This document shows positions 36,806-48,819 of a DNA stretch of 64,000 bases, piece by piece. The DNA is from Camelus dromedarius. Its lineage: Eukaryota. The stretch covers positions 86,368,001 to 86,432,000 of the forward strand of contig NC_087436.1 in NCBI RefSeq assembly GCF_036321535.1. The letters run 5' to 3'. Within the stretch, counting starts at the first letter, position 1. Every line of letters begins with the position of its first letter. A program made the translations under genes and the position numbers. The notes below the pieces were generated by a model that searched no databases, was not told where the DNA came from, and worked only from the letters and a program-made list of their open reading frames with translations.

Positions 36806-39154
36806 AGGTTTAGTATTATGGCTAAGATTGAGACATTGCTTAATCAATAGACTTTCTTCTAAACTCTGTGTGCAATCAAAAATGTTTCATCTAAAATGTA
36901 TAAAGTGTTCTGAGAGCTGGCAGCTAAAGTTTCTCTAAGGCGATCCCTGAGTACCAAAGTGAAGGACAGCCCCCCACCCAGGACCTACTGGCTAGTCTGC
37001 AGTTCCTTCGTAGATGATACTGATTTTTACCGTATTACACACATCTTTCTGCCTTGTCAAAAGAGAGATTCTATTAGAAAATTAGTGTTCTGTGACTATA
37101 CAAAATATCTACTCTGAGAAGGATAGGGTCTTTTAAGAGAAGGCAACCTTTATATTTTATGAGTCAAGAGTATAAGAAATTCCACTCAGGTGATGGGAAC
37201 ACTTATTATTTGAAAAGATTCCCCAGGTATCCCGGTGGTTCCAAGCACATTGTGCGTGCTCACACAGTGCCTACAAACATAAGTGAAATAATTGATCACC
37301 TGTTACGAAATGGACACTTGGCCCTGCATTGACCAACCACACTGAGTTTTCAGCCTGGGTACCTATTCCCAAGTACTATCCTCTTCTCATAATCTGTGTA
37401 CTTGTCATGTGTTGAGTTTTCAGTGACAAGTTCTTGACATAGGGTCATGCTCTCTCTCCAAGGATCCAAGACATATTCTTGGCATTTGCTTCACCCTTCA
37501 TTGATTTGACTTTCTCTTACAATACTCCTATTACTCCTATTATAATACAGTATCATATAGCACCAATCTGCCTTTTTTGGACATCCTTATGCTTATGAAT
37601 TAATATGCAAAGAGAGATGTGTGTGTGTGTGTGTGTGTCTTTGTGCATATAGTGTATGAGTATGTATAAATGAATGAATTGAACATCAGTAATTCTGACT
37701 AGAAAGCAACCTTTTCCTTTTTCACCATTTCCCATCAGATACTTTGAAAACTTGAATTATTCTTCAATACCCATTGGGTAAAATCTCAGGCAGATCTCAT
37801 AGCTTTTTTGGTCAATTTCAAATATTAAAGTCCAGCCTCATCCAGTATTTAAGCTCTGAACTCTCACCCAATGAGAATGTTTTCTCCTCCTCCAGCTCTG
37901 GCTTGCCTCAGGCAAGGGGCAGTGAATGAGGATACAGTCATTTTCTTCTCCCCTTTTCACTAGACCTCACTTCTAGGTGTTGTTTTGCTCTCAAGGGTCA
38001 GGATGGGGTTGGGTGAATTAGAGGACAAGGGCAAAGTTGTCACTGCAATTTAGCATCAGGGTCCTCTGCATGCTGTGTGCTCCAAAGCTTGCTCTTCCTT
38101 GGGTTCCTGGGGTCCCCAGCACTGAGGATTTCACATCCAACATTCCTGAGGCAGTATCTGCTTTGACTGGCTTCAATTGCCCCCTCCCCTCGTCTCTTGT
38201 CTTCTGGTTGGTTCTCTGTTGGGGTCACCTCATCCCTCTGGAGGGAGGCTCTCTTGTGCAGGATTCCTTTGGAAATGACCCACCACCAGCTCCCTTCCTC
38301 AGGGTCCACGTTTGGCTGGATAACAATCATGCATCCTTGCCCGCCCCATCCCAAACTCAGCAAGCATTGACCTTTCTCAGGCAAGCTGCTACTCCGTCCC
38401 ACACTGGCTTTTAGACATTTTAGGTGAGAATATCAGTCTCCCCGAATTTCAGGGAACATAGGTTGTGGATTGCTTGAAGTTCCCCACCATGGAGTCCCCA
38501 TCAGCCTCTTCACTTCGTGCTCAACAAGAGAAGAACCAGGCTCATGGGCTGTCCCCACCAAGTCCTGCTGAGAGCTGGCCCTTTGGTTCACTCCTCTCTG
38601 CAGGAGTCCCCATAACCCAGCCCAAGGGCCACTTCTCTAAAGCTCTTCTTGCTTGCGGTAGGTGTCAGATGGGATGTTGGCAGCCTCCTTGTGCGCTGCT
38701 TCATGGAGCCAGGGAAGGGGCTGGAGGTGTGTAGGAGAGGCTCCCAGCTGCCTGCTGGACCAGGCCAGCCCGTTAGCACAACCACCAGCAAACAAGTGGT
38801 GTGCCAGGCCCCAGGAGTTCTGCATGGTGGGGCCAGGCTCACAGAGGAGGCCCCACCACACCACCTGGGCTTTTCTAGTTTATGGTCCACCAGGCTCCCA
38901 CCAAGCTGAACACACATATAATAAGTGCTTGTTGGTTCAGCCACCATTTATTGGATAAGTTTCTTTTCTTTTCTTTTTAACCTAAGAGCCTTGGTTATTT
39001 CATCTATTGAAAAAATAGCATCTTCCCTGGGTTGTGGCTGAGGGCCAAGCCAGGTGAATTTCGGTGGCTTCTTTCATATCTGGTTGCTGTTGGTGGGACT
39101 AGAGGGTGCGTTTCTCTCTGCAGCCAAACTCCATTGCAAGCTGCATTAAAGAGG

Positions 39155-39366
39155 AGGCGGCGTTGTGGTCAGGGGCCCAGGAGCCAGACTGCCTGCGTGT
39201 GAGTTCTGGTGCCGTGTTACCTGCTGTGGAACCTGGACCACACGTGATATGCCATAACTGATGTGCATTCCGGTTTCCTCCCCTGTTCAGTCGGGTTAAT
39301 AATCCATGAAGTGTTCAGGACAGGGCCCAGCCCACACACAGCAAGTCCTCGTTGAGGTCAGCTGTC
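39155..39366 (+). mobile_element. MIR SINE
   Basis: caggagccagactgcctgcgtgtgagttctgg...ttacctgctgtgg...cggtttcctcccctgt. Confidence 0.65.
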
Positions 39367-39795
39367 GCTCTAAGCAGAGGATGCTGGCAGACTGCAGTTA
39401 CGCCCTGTTTACCGTTGTGTCACACTGCAGAGTGGTTCTGTGCTGGCTCACTCAGTCAAAGATGCCCAGAGCCCAGCACGGTTGCCGTGTACAGTACCTG
39501 TCAGTCTGATACAGATGCTGACCTCGAACACACTCCCTCCCAACTGTGTCCCATAAAGACTGGCAGCATTATTTTAGGGATCCCCAGTTTCTTTAGCTCA
39601 GACTGCTATAACAAAATACTCGACAGTGAGTGGCTTATGAAGGGAATCATGCATGTAAAAGCACTTAGCACCATACCTGGCAAATAGAAATGCTGAATTA
39701 ATGTTGGCTCATAGCATTGTGATTGTCCTTAAAATACTTACTGTTGAAAATGAGTGGTGTGATGGTTTCAGGCAATGAAGTTTCATTGTTTAGAC

Positions 39796-39959
39796 CAGTG
39801 GAGCATCAGAATCATCTGGAGAGCTTGTTAAATGATGACTGGCTCCTGCCTTCGGGGTGTCTGATGTAGTAGATATGGGGTGAGGCCTGGGATTTGCATT
39901 TCTAACTGGGTGCCAGTTTACTAAAGCTGCTGGTCTGGGATTCACCTTGAGAGCCACTG
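39796..39959 (+). mobile_element. MER5A hAT-Charlie MITE
   Basis: Termini cagtgg/ccactg; gcatcagaatcatctggagagcttgttaaa; 8-bp TSD gtttagac/atttagac. Confidence 0.85.
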
Positions 39960-40836
39960 ATTTAGACTCTCTCCACCCTCCATCACATCCTCCCCTTATT
40001 TCTATCAAGGGAAATCAGGAGCACGTAGAGGGGACACTGTGACCTTGGCCTTAAGCATCGTGTTGAGTTTTTTAAGGATGAGAGAGGGGTAGACCAGCCT
40101 TTGAGCCCTGCGTGGACAGCAGCAGCGCTCAAACTGCTGGAAAAGAAGTGCCAACTTTGAAACTTTGGGGGAGGAGGGCTGGGGCTCCACTCTCCCCTTC
40201 CTCCCACTGATGGCCACGTGTTCCCAGGCAGCAGAGTTCCCAGTTTTGCCTGGACTTCAAAGGAGGGTCTGTTTGCCAAATGTCTGCATGTGCTGAGCAG
40301 TTGCCGTGGGCCGGGAGCCCCTGGGGTTGCTGGGCGTCGGGGCCCTTGTCTTACCTTGGCGGGGTCTGGCTGGAGCATTTCTGGGCTGTGCTCAGTCCTG
40401 GACAGGACCCCACGTGCAGCTCCTCTTGTGCAACCTCTGTGATCCAGCTGTGATCGCTCAAACCCACGGGCAAGTCTGAGTGCACTTGAAGCACATTTGA
40501 GGGGCTCACAAATATTTTCGGAATGATTGTGAGGAAAGGCCCAGCTGCGGGCACTGGGGGTGGAGGTGCTGGGATTGCAGAACAGTTCCGTGTCCCTGCT
40601 GTGTCCGCTCTTGTCCTCCAGCCCTGAGGGTGAGAGGCAGCTGATTTCTTTGTGGGGCTGGCCCTCCCTCGAATTAACCACTCTGCCTGTTGGGCAGTTT
40701 GGAGGTGGTTGGCACTGTGATTGTTGAGTGAATGTCTGGGGGTCGTCTTCTGATTTCACCCAGGATTGGACCCTTGGCTGGAGCTTCCTCTAATCCATGT
40801 AGACATCGGCTCTGGGTGCTGCCTTCCAGGCAGCAG

Positions 40837-41013
40837 CAGGGCCTGCTTCCCGTATGTGAGATTCTATTCCTCTGCAGTCGTGACGGGTCCCACACTCAGA
40901 AGAGTCCACATCTGGTTTAATGTTCTGTGGTCACTGTCGTGAAATTCTAAGTTTTGAGTGGGTCCTAATTTTTCATTTTGTCCTGAGCCCTGCAAATTAT
41001 ATAGCTAGTCCTG
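40837..41013 (+). mobile_element. MER91A-like hAT-Tip100 MITE
   Basis: cagggcctgcttc...tggtttaatgttctg...gaaattct...ttttcattttgtcctgagccctgcaaattatatagctagtcctg. Confidence 0.8.
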
Positions 41014-41646
41014 GGTGATGGTCTCAACCAGAAAGTAAGAATAGAGGCATCGGGGTGGGGAATGGATTTTGATTAGAGCTAGCACACCAAACCCCGGGGA
41101 CTGCAGTGAGGGAGAACGTCTCAAGTTCACCAACTCCACGTCGAGCCACTCAGCTCCAGGGGCTTGGAGACTTCTGTGATGAAGTCTTGTTGGGTGCAAC
41201 TATTAGGATGATGGGTAGAATCAGGGAGAATTTTTTCACTTTAAAGGTCTTATTTCTCAACCAGCGTGTCCTGAGAACAATCTGGCCAATCTGAGTCAAT
41301 TCCGATGGAATTTCTAAAGAGACCTGGGTTTGATCCTGCAGGGAGATCATAGCTTTTCTAGAACACTGGCCCTACCGGACACCTCTCGCTGTCTCCACCC
41401 AGCACTGGGCATGTGCTGGGTGTCCTCCATGTTTGCTGTTTATGAAGGTGATACTGACAGCGAACACAGGTTTCACCTTCATCTCCTCTGGATTCCCATC
41501 AAGCTAGGACCACCTCTCCCCCAGAAAGATCCCTTCTCGTGAAATTACCACTACTTAACTCTCCAAATTGTTTCCCTCAATTCAGGCAGGGAGTCAACCC
41601 CAAATAAATCAAACCAATCCTCCAAAGATATTTACAGCCCCTGACT

Positions 41647-42103
41647 GTATTGGTTAGCTGTGTTACTACAACAATGCTGTGGAGGGAACCACCCCAAACT
41701 CAGTGACTTAAACCAATGAGTGTGTCAGTGAGCTGGGCTCATTCTAGGCTTGGTGTGTCTGGCAGGCCCTGCTTCAAGCTGTGGGTCCAGCTGGACTCAT
41801 CTGGGGAGCTCTGCGCCAGAGGTGTTTGCTCTGGGCCCAGAAGGAAAGGCGGCAGCTCCTCCGGGGAAACTCCTCTCAGGGCTTTGGCAAAAGTGTGAGA
41901 GGGCAAGTGGAGATACCGAAGGTCTCTTAAGGCCCAGATTGAGAACTGTGTCCTGTTACATCCGTCCATATTCCATTGGCCAAGGCAAGATACACAAACT
42001 CCAAGTCAAGAGGTGGGGAAGTATTCACTGCGAATGTGATGTTTAGGCAAGGATGTGACTCTGGGAGTGAAGAACTGGGCCTGATAATGCATGTACCCTA
42101 CTA
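41647..42103 (-). mobile_element. MLT1H-like LTR
   Basis: tgtattggttagct...aaccaccccaaactcagtgacttaaac...attccattggccaaggcaag...aagtcaagaggtggggaagta. Confidence 0.8.
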
Positions 42104-42279
42104 GCCCTGTTATCTAAAACACTGCATCTGTACGCCAGTACACCTGGGGCCATTGTACACCTGGAGCCATTGTTTCTAGTGCGTGTGGCACCAGCAGGAT
42201 GTCAGCGAACCAAGCAGCTGAGCAGATATCAAATGGAATTAAATGGAAACACGCACCCCATGGTCTAAAATCCCCAGAT

Positions 42280-42436
42280 TTTACCATGTCAGCCAGTTTA
42301 TTAAAAGTTGCCTAGAGGGTATGTGAAAATGCAGATGTCCTTTTCCAGGTGACATGACAAGGAGGTCTGGGCACCAGGATTCTGCATTTTCATAAGCACC
42401 TCGGGTGAAACAGGGCCCATGTTTGAGATAAACTGT
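42280..42436. mobile_element. MER5-like hAT MITE fragment
   Basis: gtgaaaatgcagat...caggattctgcattttcataagcacctcgggtga...tttgagataaactg. Confidence 0.55.
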
Positions 42437-42769
42437 CTTAATCCATAGTTATGCCATTAGATTAGTTAACACTAGGGTGCTAGCAAATTTGAGCAGATCT
42501 GGTGAGATTCTTAGTGATGGCTGTTTAGTAAACTTCTCCACAAATGAATTAGTTTTTTGGACTCTCCCATCCTCTTAATTTCTTGGCCATGTCACCGACT
42601 ACCAGTTTTGCAGGTAGCCGCTGGTCTCTTAGATACTTGTTCAGCACATATATCTTTGTGTCATCTTTGGGATCTAAAAACGAGCCTCTTGTGATTGTGC
42701 GTAACTATAAAAGGTAACAATTATGTTTACTCATTCAGCAGCTAAACTTCTTCTTCTGCTACTTCACTC

Positions 42770-43208
42770 AGATATTTTCCCCAGTAATCATCCCTTTCCC
42801 TCTTTCAATCAATGGGGTTCCAGCTCAGCTGACCCCGCCCCCCATGGACTACCCCTGGTTCCCAGAGAAGGCACGTGAAGTCACAGTGGTCATTGTGAAG
42901 AGCCACGCATCCCAGTCTGGACCAAATATCTGCTGTGGTTTGCCAAGCTGGTAAGAAAAAAAAAATCTGGAGCTGCTGGTGCTCATCTTGGCTGCCATAA
43001 TAGCTAAAACCTGCCTGAGAGTGAAGTCAATACCAAGAAAAGCAGAGCGAAGGATTTTAGTAACAACTCTGAGCACCTGAATCCAACTGAGCCTGAAGGT
43101 GTATCTCCTGGACCTTTCCATTCTGTAAGCCACTGCATGATCTGTGTGGTTTAAGCTAGTTGAGTTTGGTTTCTTTCACTTGCAACTGAAAGAGTCCTGA
43201 CTGATACA
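42770..43208 (+). mobile_element. MLT1K-like LTR
   Basis: ctggagctgctggtgctcatcttg...tttaagctagttgagtttggtttctttcacttgcaactgaaagagtcctgactgataca. Confidence 0.8.
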
Positions 43209-43299
43209 GCACAGTCTGATACTGAAACCAACACGACCACAAGCAAATGAGACCAGTTGGAGCTTAGTAAAGCCCAGAATTCACTCATTCACTCAGCTA

Positions 43300-43301
<2 letters not shown>

Positions 43302-43330
<29 letters not shown>
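43302..43330. repeat. (AC)n microsatellite
   Basis: Read directly. Confidence 0.95.
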
Positions 43331-43332
<2 letters not shown>

Positions 43333-43499
43333 AGAGTTTATTCTGGTAATCAGATCAGACTTGAGACCAAACCTTATAAGTAGTTATTGAGGCACTTTTA
43401 AAGCAAAATAGATCGACTGAATAATGAATACAGCTATTAAATGTATCTGCATATTCTTAGCAAGATCTAATGACATTTTTAAAAAACAATTCCCTGTTA

Positions 43500-44159
43500 A
43501 AGGCATAACTGGTTTTTATTAGCGCTGTGCTTTATTCTGCTGCTCAGATACCATGTTATTTTTTTGGTTTTTGGTTTTTTTTTTTTTTTTAACAAATTTA
43601 AGGTTTGTGGCAACCCTGTATTGTCAGATGATGGTTAGTATTTTTAGCAATAAAGTATTTTTATTTTTATTTTTTTCACCTTAACAGCCATCATACAAGT
43701 TTATTTCTGATGTATCTGCCATATGAAAGAATGCACTCACTTGCTACAAAACATTACATTTTAAAACAACATTTGGTAAAAGAAAAAAGAGTTGAAAAAT
43801 TACCGTTTTGCAACCATTATAGAAATAATCAATTCAGCCCAGAATCATCTATAGATGCTAAAACCATTGAGCTCAACTTTGACAGGATATTTATGTGGTC
43901 TCAACAGTACTTCCCCACAAATTACAATAACAAAGGGAAACATGGTAACCAGCAATAAAGTATTTTTAAATTAAGGTATGTACGTTGTTTTTCTAGACAT
44001 AATGCTATTTATTCCACACTTAATAGACTGCAGCATAGTGTAAACACAACTTTTATATGCACTGGGAAACCAAAAAACTAGTGTGACATGCTTTATTCTG
44101 ATATTCCCTTTATTGTGGTTGTCTGGAACTGAACCCTCCTTATCTCCGAGATTTGCCAC
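43500..44159 (+). mobile_element. Internally deleted Tigger1 derivative (MITE), split by a retrocopy
   Basis: Left end aggcataactggtttttatt...aaggtttgtggcaaccctg; right end cttttatatgcactgggaaaccaaaaa...ggtctgg-like...tatctccgagatttgcc. Confidence 0.85.
43663..43950 (-). pseudogene. 5'-truncated retrocopy of a polyadenylated RNA 3' end (processed-pseudogene 3' UTR fragment or orphan transduction)
   Basis: 17-bp TSD agcaataaagtattttt (43646-43662, 43951-43967); T-tract 43663-43676; AATAAA on the minus strand at 43700-43705, 23 nt from the tail. Confidence 0.75.
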
Positions 44160-44399
44160 AACAATTACATTTTCTCTCTCCCTCCCAGCTCCCACTAATA
44201 ACATCTTCAGTGACGTTTTCCCAGGTATTGCATACAAGGATCTCTCTGAAATAATTTCTTTTTTTCTGCTTGGCTGTGATAAAAGGACAGAAGCCTGACT
44301 GTAGATGGCAGGAAATAATGCATCACTTTGAACGTGTTGTCTTTTTATTATAAATATGATGATATGGCTAGGTGGGATGGTTTCAAAGAGGCAGGATGT

Positions 44400-44640
44400 T
44401 ACCTTAAACATTTACAATGCTGTGGTTAAAACAGTCTCCTTCAATTACCTTTTCAACCCACGGAGCTTACATAAATATTTGGCTGTTGGTGACAGGCCTA
44501 ATAAATCTGTTTAGGATGTTGCAGCAATATTTACTTACAAAGTAAAAGCATAAGCCCACTTTGGCCAATAATTTTAAAGAGAGATGCTACTTTTTAGCAC
44601 CTTGCATAAATATTTGCAAGACCTACAAATCCAAGATAAC
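44400..44640. promoter_or_regulatory. Candidate enhancer with duplicated C/EBP-forkhead composite sites
   Basis: CTTRCATAAATATTTG at 44466 and 44601; TATTTAC at 44528. Confidence 0.3.
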
Positions 44641-46458
44641 CCTGCCTCTTCGCTAAAGCTCTTTACTCCTTCCTGTCATATTCCACCCAAATGCCACTTT
44701 TAAATGTCTCTCGATTCAGTTGGAAAAGCTTGATTTTTACTTGAGATGCATTGGAAGACACCAACTGATTCTGGGCTATGATGGAGGAATTCTTAGCTTT
44801 CCTAATGGCCTCAAGTTCTGCACGTTACTTTCAGGCTCGGGGAAGAGCAGAGCTTCCTTTGCCTCTAAAGCTTGTGAATCAGAACATGAACATTTGGGGA
44901 ATAAATTTCATGATGTCTGACCAGGAACTGAAGGGTGAATTCTTTTTTTGACCTCCTACATTGTAGGGATTATAGAAAGTGCTTGAAACAGAAAGAGAAA
45001 AGACAGTGGCTTGTTGGGTAACTGTTTCTCCTGGAGAAACTAAGATGGTAACCTCAGTGTTTTGAGCAAGGCTGTTGTACAAACCCCAAAGGACTCTGGG
45101 CTTTCTGAAGTAGAATGAGATGCCATCTGACTTCTCTCTGGTTCTCTTTGAGAGCTGAATTTCTCCTCGATTTCAAGAGATGATTTCCCAGGGGAAAGAT
45201 ACCAACAGTGGCAAACATCTCTTTATGAAGCTCAGACAACAAAATAACCTCTTCATTGCCCAACACATCCCTGAACTGTTTTTTTTTTCTTCCATTATTG
45301 AGTTTTTCAAAAACTTTAAGAGGTATTTCCTGTTTACTACGTGGTAGAAAAACAGGCTGTGGAAAACTCACCCCAAGCACAAATGCCAGAGAATTCCAAA
45401 GTACTTGTCATTTGCGTGTTACAGTTATGTTATCAGATTTAATTTCCAGTGAGTGTTCATGAAGCAAGTGGTCACAATTTACCAGAAAACAGAGTGATTG
45501 AGTTAGAAAAATAGTATTTCAAGGTATTGTGTAAGAACTGCTTTTTTCCACGCTTAAAATAAGGCCTCCTTTTCTGAACATTCCCAAGGAAGGAGAACAA
45601 AAGCCGTTGACTTTGGTATTTATATTATCTAGGGGTGAAAGGAAAGACTACAAGTACGGCTTTGACGTTCTGGGGAGGTGGAGGGATGCTTTGGTATGTA
45701 TCCCTGTTTAGTATGTGAATTTATACCAGATGGTCCATTTAAAATAGAACCTGTTCTAAACCATTTGAATTAAGTGGGGCCATCCAGAAAGTCCTCATTT
45801 CCTCTCTGGCAGTAGCTGGTGTGAGATCAGCCTGCTAGGAGTGGCATGGCTGCTATACTTGGTTCCGCTGCCAGCCTGCAGGAGCTCGCCTGCTGATGCC
45901 CTGCCCCACCCCGCTAATGCCAGGCGGTGAGAGAAGTCCTCGCCAGTGACTGCCATCTGGGTCATTGCATGGTTTTCTCTCGTCTCTGGGAATGGTGGAT
46001 GCTAACAGTATTTTCTCGATGGGTTTCATTTCTTCTTGGGAGAATTGGGAAAGTCTTCACAGAAGCTTCAAGGAGTGGATTAGTCAGGCTGGGCTGCTAG
46101 GTGCTGTAACAAGTGTCCCCAAGTCATGGCATTAGGCTCTGGGGACACTAAGTAAACAGAACAAAGCCTTCACTTTCACAGAGTGTCCATTTCAGTGTAG
46201 CTTTCACGGTCACACTTGAATGTCTAGAGTGAACAGACTTTCCATCAAATATTGGCTTTGGACTTTTTCCACATCAGTGTCGCTCTCCATAAAGAATGGA
46301 CTTGGACTTGAATGGACTTAAATGAATCTATTTAGATAGAGGGAAAAAGAAAGGGGGAAAGAGAAGCAAAGAATTTAAGCAGCTCTGTTTCTGCCAACCA
46401 GAAGAAATACCTTCCAGTTTCTCTCACCTGACCCTCCTTCAAACATTGTAGCCTCTTC

Positions 46459-46737
46459 TGTGGTTTTCAATCCTGATTGCACATTAAAATCACTGGAGAG
46501 CTTTAAAAAATACTGGAACAAGGGTGGGCTTGGCTATAACTCAATGGTAGAGCTTATGCTTAGCACGCACAAGGTGCTGGGTTCAATCCCCAGTACCTCC
46601 ACTGAAAAAAAAACCAAAAACTGGAGTTTTTGACTTACTTGGTCTGGAAGTGGGTGCTGGGAATTAGTTGGTTTTGTTTTGTGTATTTTTTTTTAACTTT
46701 TCAAGTAAATCTGATGGGCAGCATTGATAATCATGGA
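46459..46737. mobile_element. MER5B-like hAT MITE, split by a SINE
   Basis: gtggttttcaatcctgattgcacattaaaatcactggagagctttaaaaaatact...ttggtctggaagtggg. Confidence 0.7.
46522..46613 (+). mobile_element. tRNA-Ala-derived SINE (Vic-1 type)
   Basis: tataactcaatggtagagcttatgcttagcacgcacaaggtgctgggttcaatccccagtacctcca plus A tail; actgga on both flanks. Confidence 0.9.
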
Positions 46738-47034
46738 GTTGGTATCCTTAGGTCCATGGCAGTAGAGAAGCCAGTTTTTATTCTAGTGGATGCGAAGCAT
46801 TAAGCTAAAATGTGCCCAAATGTTAGGGAGCTAGAAACATCATTCTGAACATTTTGTACAATAGTCCTCTCTCTCTGCACAAACCAGCATTTCTTTGTGC
46901 CACAATGTGATGAAAGGCAATGGAGAAATCAAAGTAAATAAGCTAGAATCCCATTCCTAACCTCTAGTTACTCACAGTATAATTGGAAGAGGGTAATGCA
47001 AATAAACTTACAATTACTGTCTAATGAAAGAGAG

Positions 47035-47173
47035 GAAACATGAGGACAGGAATATTTTTTATCTGATTTGTTTACATCTGATTTTTATCAGATTTTTATC
47101 TAATGTGTCTACAGTACCTAGACAGTGCATGACACAAAGTGGGGCTCAAAAAATATTTGTTGAATAAATAAAT
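47035..47173 (+). mobile_element. L2 3' end
   Basis: cagtacctagacagtgcatgacaca...gctcaaaaaatatttgttgaataaataaat. Confidence 0.8.
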
Positions 47174-47199
47174 TTGAACAGCCGTGGATGATATGACAA

Positions 47200-48330
47200 A
47201 GGATTGATACCTTTATTAAGTACATTGTAAACACAAGCAAGAAATGAATCAATTGTTAAAAATAGACAAGTATGTAATGACCCAAACAGATACCTAACCA
47301 AATTGAAAGGAGGAGAAGATAATCTTATGAAGAAAAGTTTAACTCAATTAGTAATCAGTAATAAGTAAGTTAAAATACAAATAAGTTCAATCTTTCTTTA
47401 GTTAAATTAAAGATGGTATAAATAATCTCTGGGGGGATGCAGTAAGGTGAGCATCCTTCCACTTTCTAGAAAGTAGTTTGGAGATGAATATACTGATCTC
47501 TCAGTAGCCATGGAAGATTGGTTGCAAAACCCCCCACAGATACCAAAGTTCATGGATACTCAAGTCCCTTATGTAAAATCGTGTAGTATTTGCATACAAT
47601 CTATGCACAGTCTCCTGTGTACTTTAAATCATCCCTAGATTACTTAATACAATGTAAATGCTGTGAAATAAATACCAAAGTGCAGCAACTTCAAGTTTTG
47701 TTGTTTGGAACTTTCTGGACTTTTTTTTTTTTTTAATATTTTGGATCTGCAGTTGGTTGAATTCTTGGATGCCGAATCCATGGATAGCGAGGGCTGACTG
47801 TATAAAACCAATAAAATTACTCACACCGGTAAGCTCACTCCTGAGAGTCTATCCTAGGAAAATAAACCGAAATATGAATAGCTGTATTTGTGAGGATATT
47901 CACCATATTATTATCTATAATAAAAATGAAAATAGTCAAATGCCCCCAAACAGAGCAATAATTAAGTAAATTACAGCCTATCCATTTAATGCAATATTGC
48001 ACACTCATTAAAGGTGATGGTTATCAGGAACCTCTCAATGTAGAAAAAATGCTTATGCCACTATGTGAAGAGAAAAAGTGAGATACAAAATTATATGTAT
48101 CTCTACCTTAAAATAATTTTTGGAGTGAGACAGAAATAAAGATTACATTTTTGAAATATGCTGTGAAAAATGTGTACATATTAAAGAGAGAAGGGAATTA
48201 TGCAAAAAATGATCAAGGTTATTGTTAAAGTGATAGGCTTATGAGTAATTTTTAAGAACTGTTTTCCAAGCAGTCTGTGATATTATTCTATTAATTCTAT
48301 CACTAAAAATAACATGAAAATTTTTGTAAA
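47200..48330 (+). mobile_element. Very old L1 (L1ME-like) ORF2 end and 3' UTR, split by MER2
   Basis: ctcactcctgagagtctatcctaggaaaata...aagtaaattacagcctatccattt...gatacaaaattatatgta. Confidence 0.65.
47493..47800. mobile_element. MER2-like Tigger MITE
   Basis: TA flanks; cagataccaaagttcatggatactcaagtcccttat...gttggttgaattc...catggatagcgagggctgactg. Confidence 0.9.
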
Positions 48331-48423
48331 GAAAAACAACAACGAAGTGTTAGGAAAATACCAAGAAAGGGGTGTTAAGGGCAACTCACAGAAATTGATA
48401 CTTAGCTGCTGTTCAAGGATGGA

Positions 48424-48810
48424 TGTATTAGTCAGGATAGGAAATGCTGTAACAAACAAGCTCATCACAGTTATTAAAATACTGCAACATTTCTTTTTCA
48501 CTTCGAATTGAGTATTGGGTATATTGTCTTCCATATGGTGATTCTGGGACCCTGGATCCTTTCATCCCACAGGCCTTTGGGACCTTGACATCTTCCACAT
48601 CCAGCCATCAGATGATGATGGGAGAGACAGAGCACAGGGCATTTAGAAGCCAGATCAGGAAGTGACAGACATCACATCCACTAGAATACCATTGGCCAGA
48701 ACCAGGCATATAACCCCACCTAGATCAGTGGAACTAGAAAATGTAATCTTCCAGTGTGTACAGGAAGAAACTGAAGTAGTTTGTATTCATAAAGTATTAT
48801 TTCTGTCACA
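48424..48810 (-). mobile_element. MLT1 (J-like) LTR
   Basis: tgtattagtcaggatagg...ggaagtgacagacatcac...ccattggccagaacc...tctgtcaca. Confidence 0.75.
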
Positions 48811-48819
48811 AATGATCAT

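Noticed and set aside
39983..40759. Longest ORF (258 aa, minus strand)
   Set aside because: It has a non-ATG start, Pro/Ser/Arg-rich composition and no recognisable domain, as expected from stop-poor GC-richer DNA.
42138..42173. 17-bp tandem duplication gtacacctgg(g/a)gccatt
   Set aside because: Two copies only; an ordinary slippage duplication and not an array.
46522..46601. tRNA-Ala gene (also 9233-9308 and 26609-26685)
   Set aside because: Degenerate stems, A-rich tails and TSDs show these are SINE copies.
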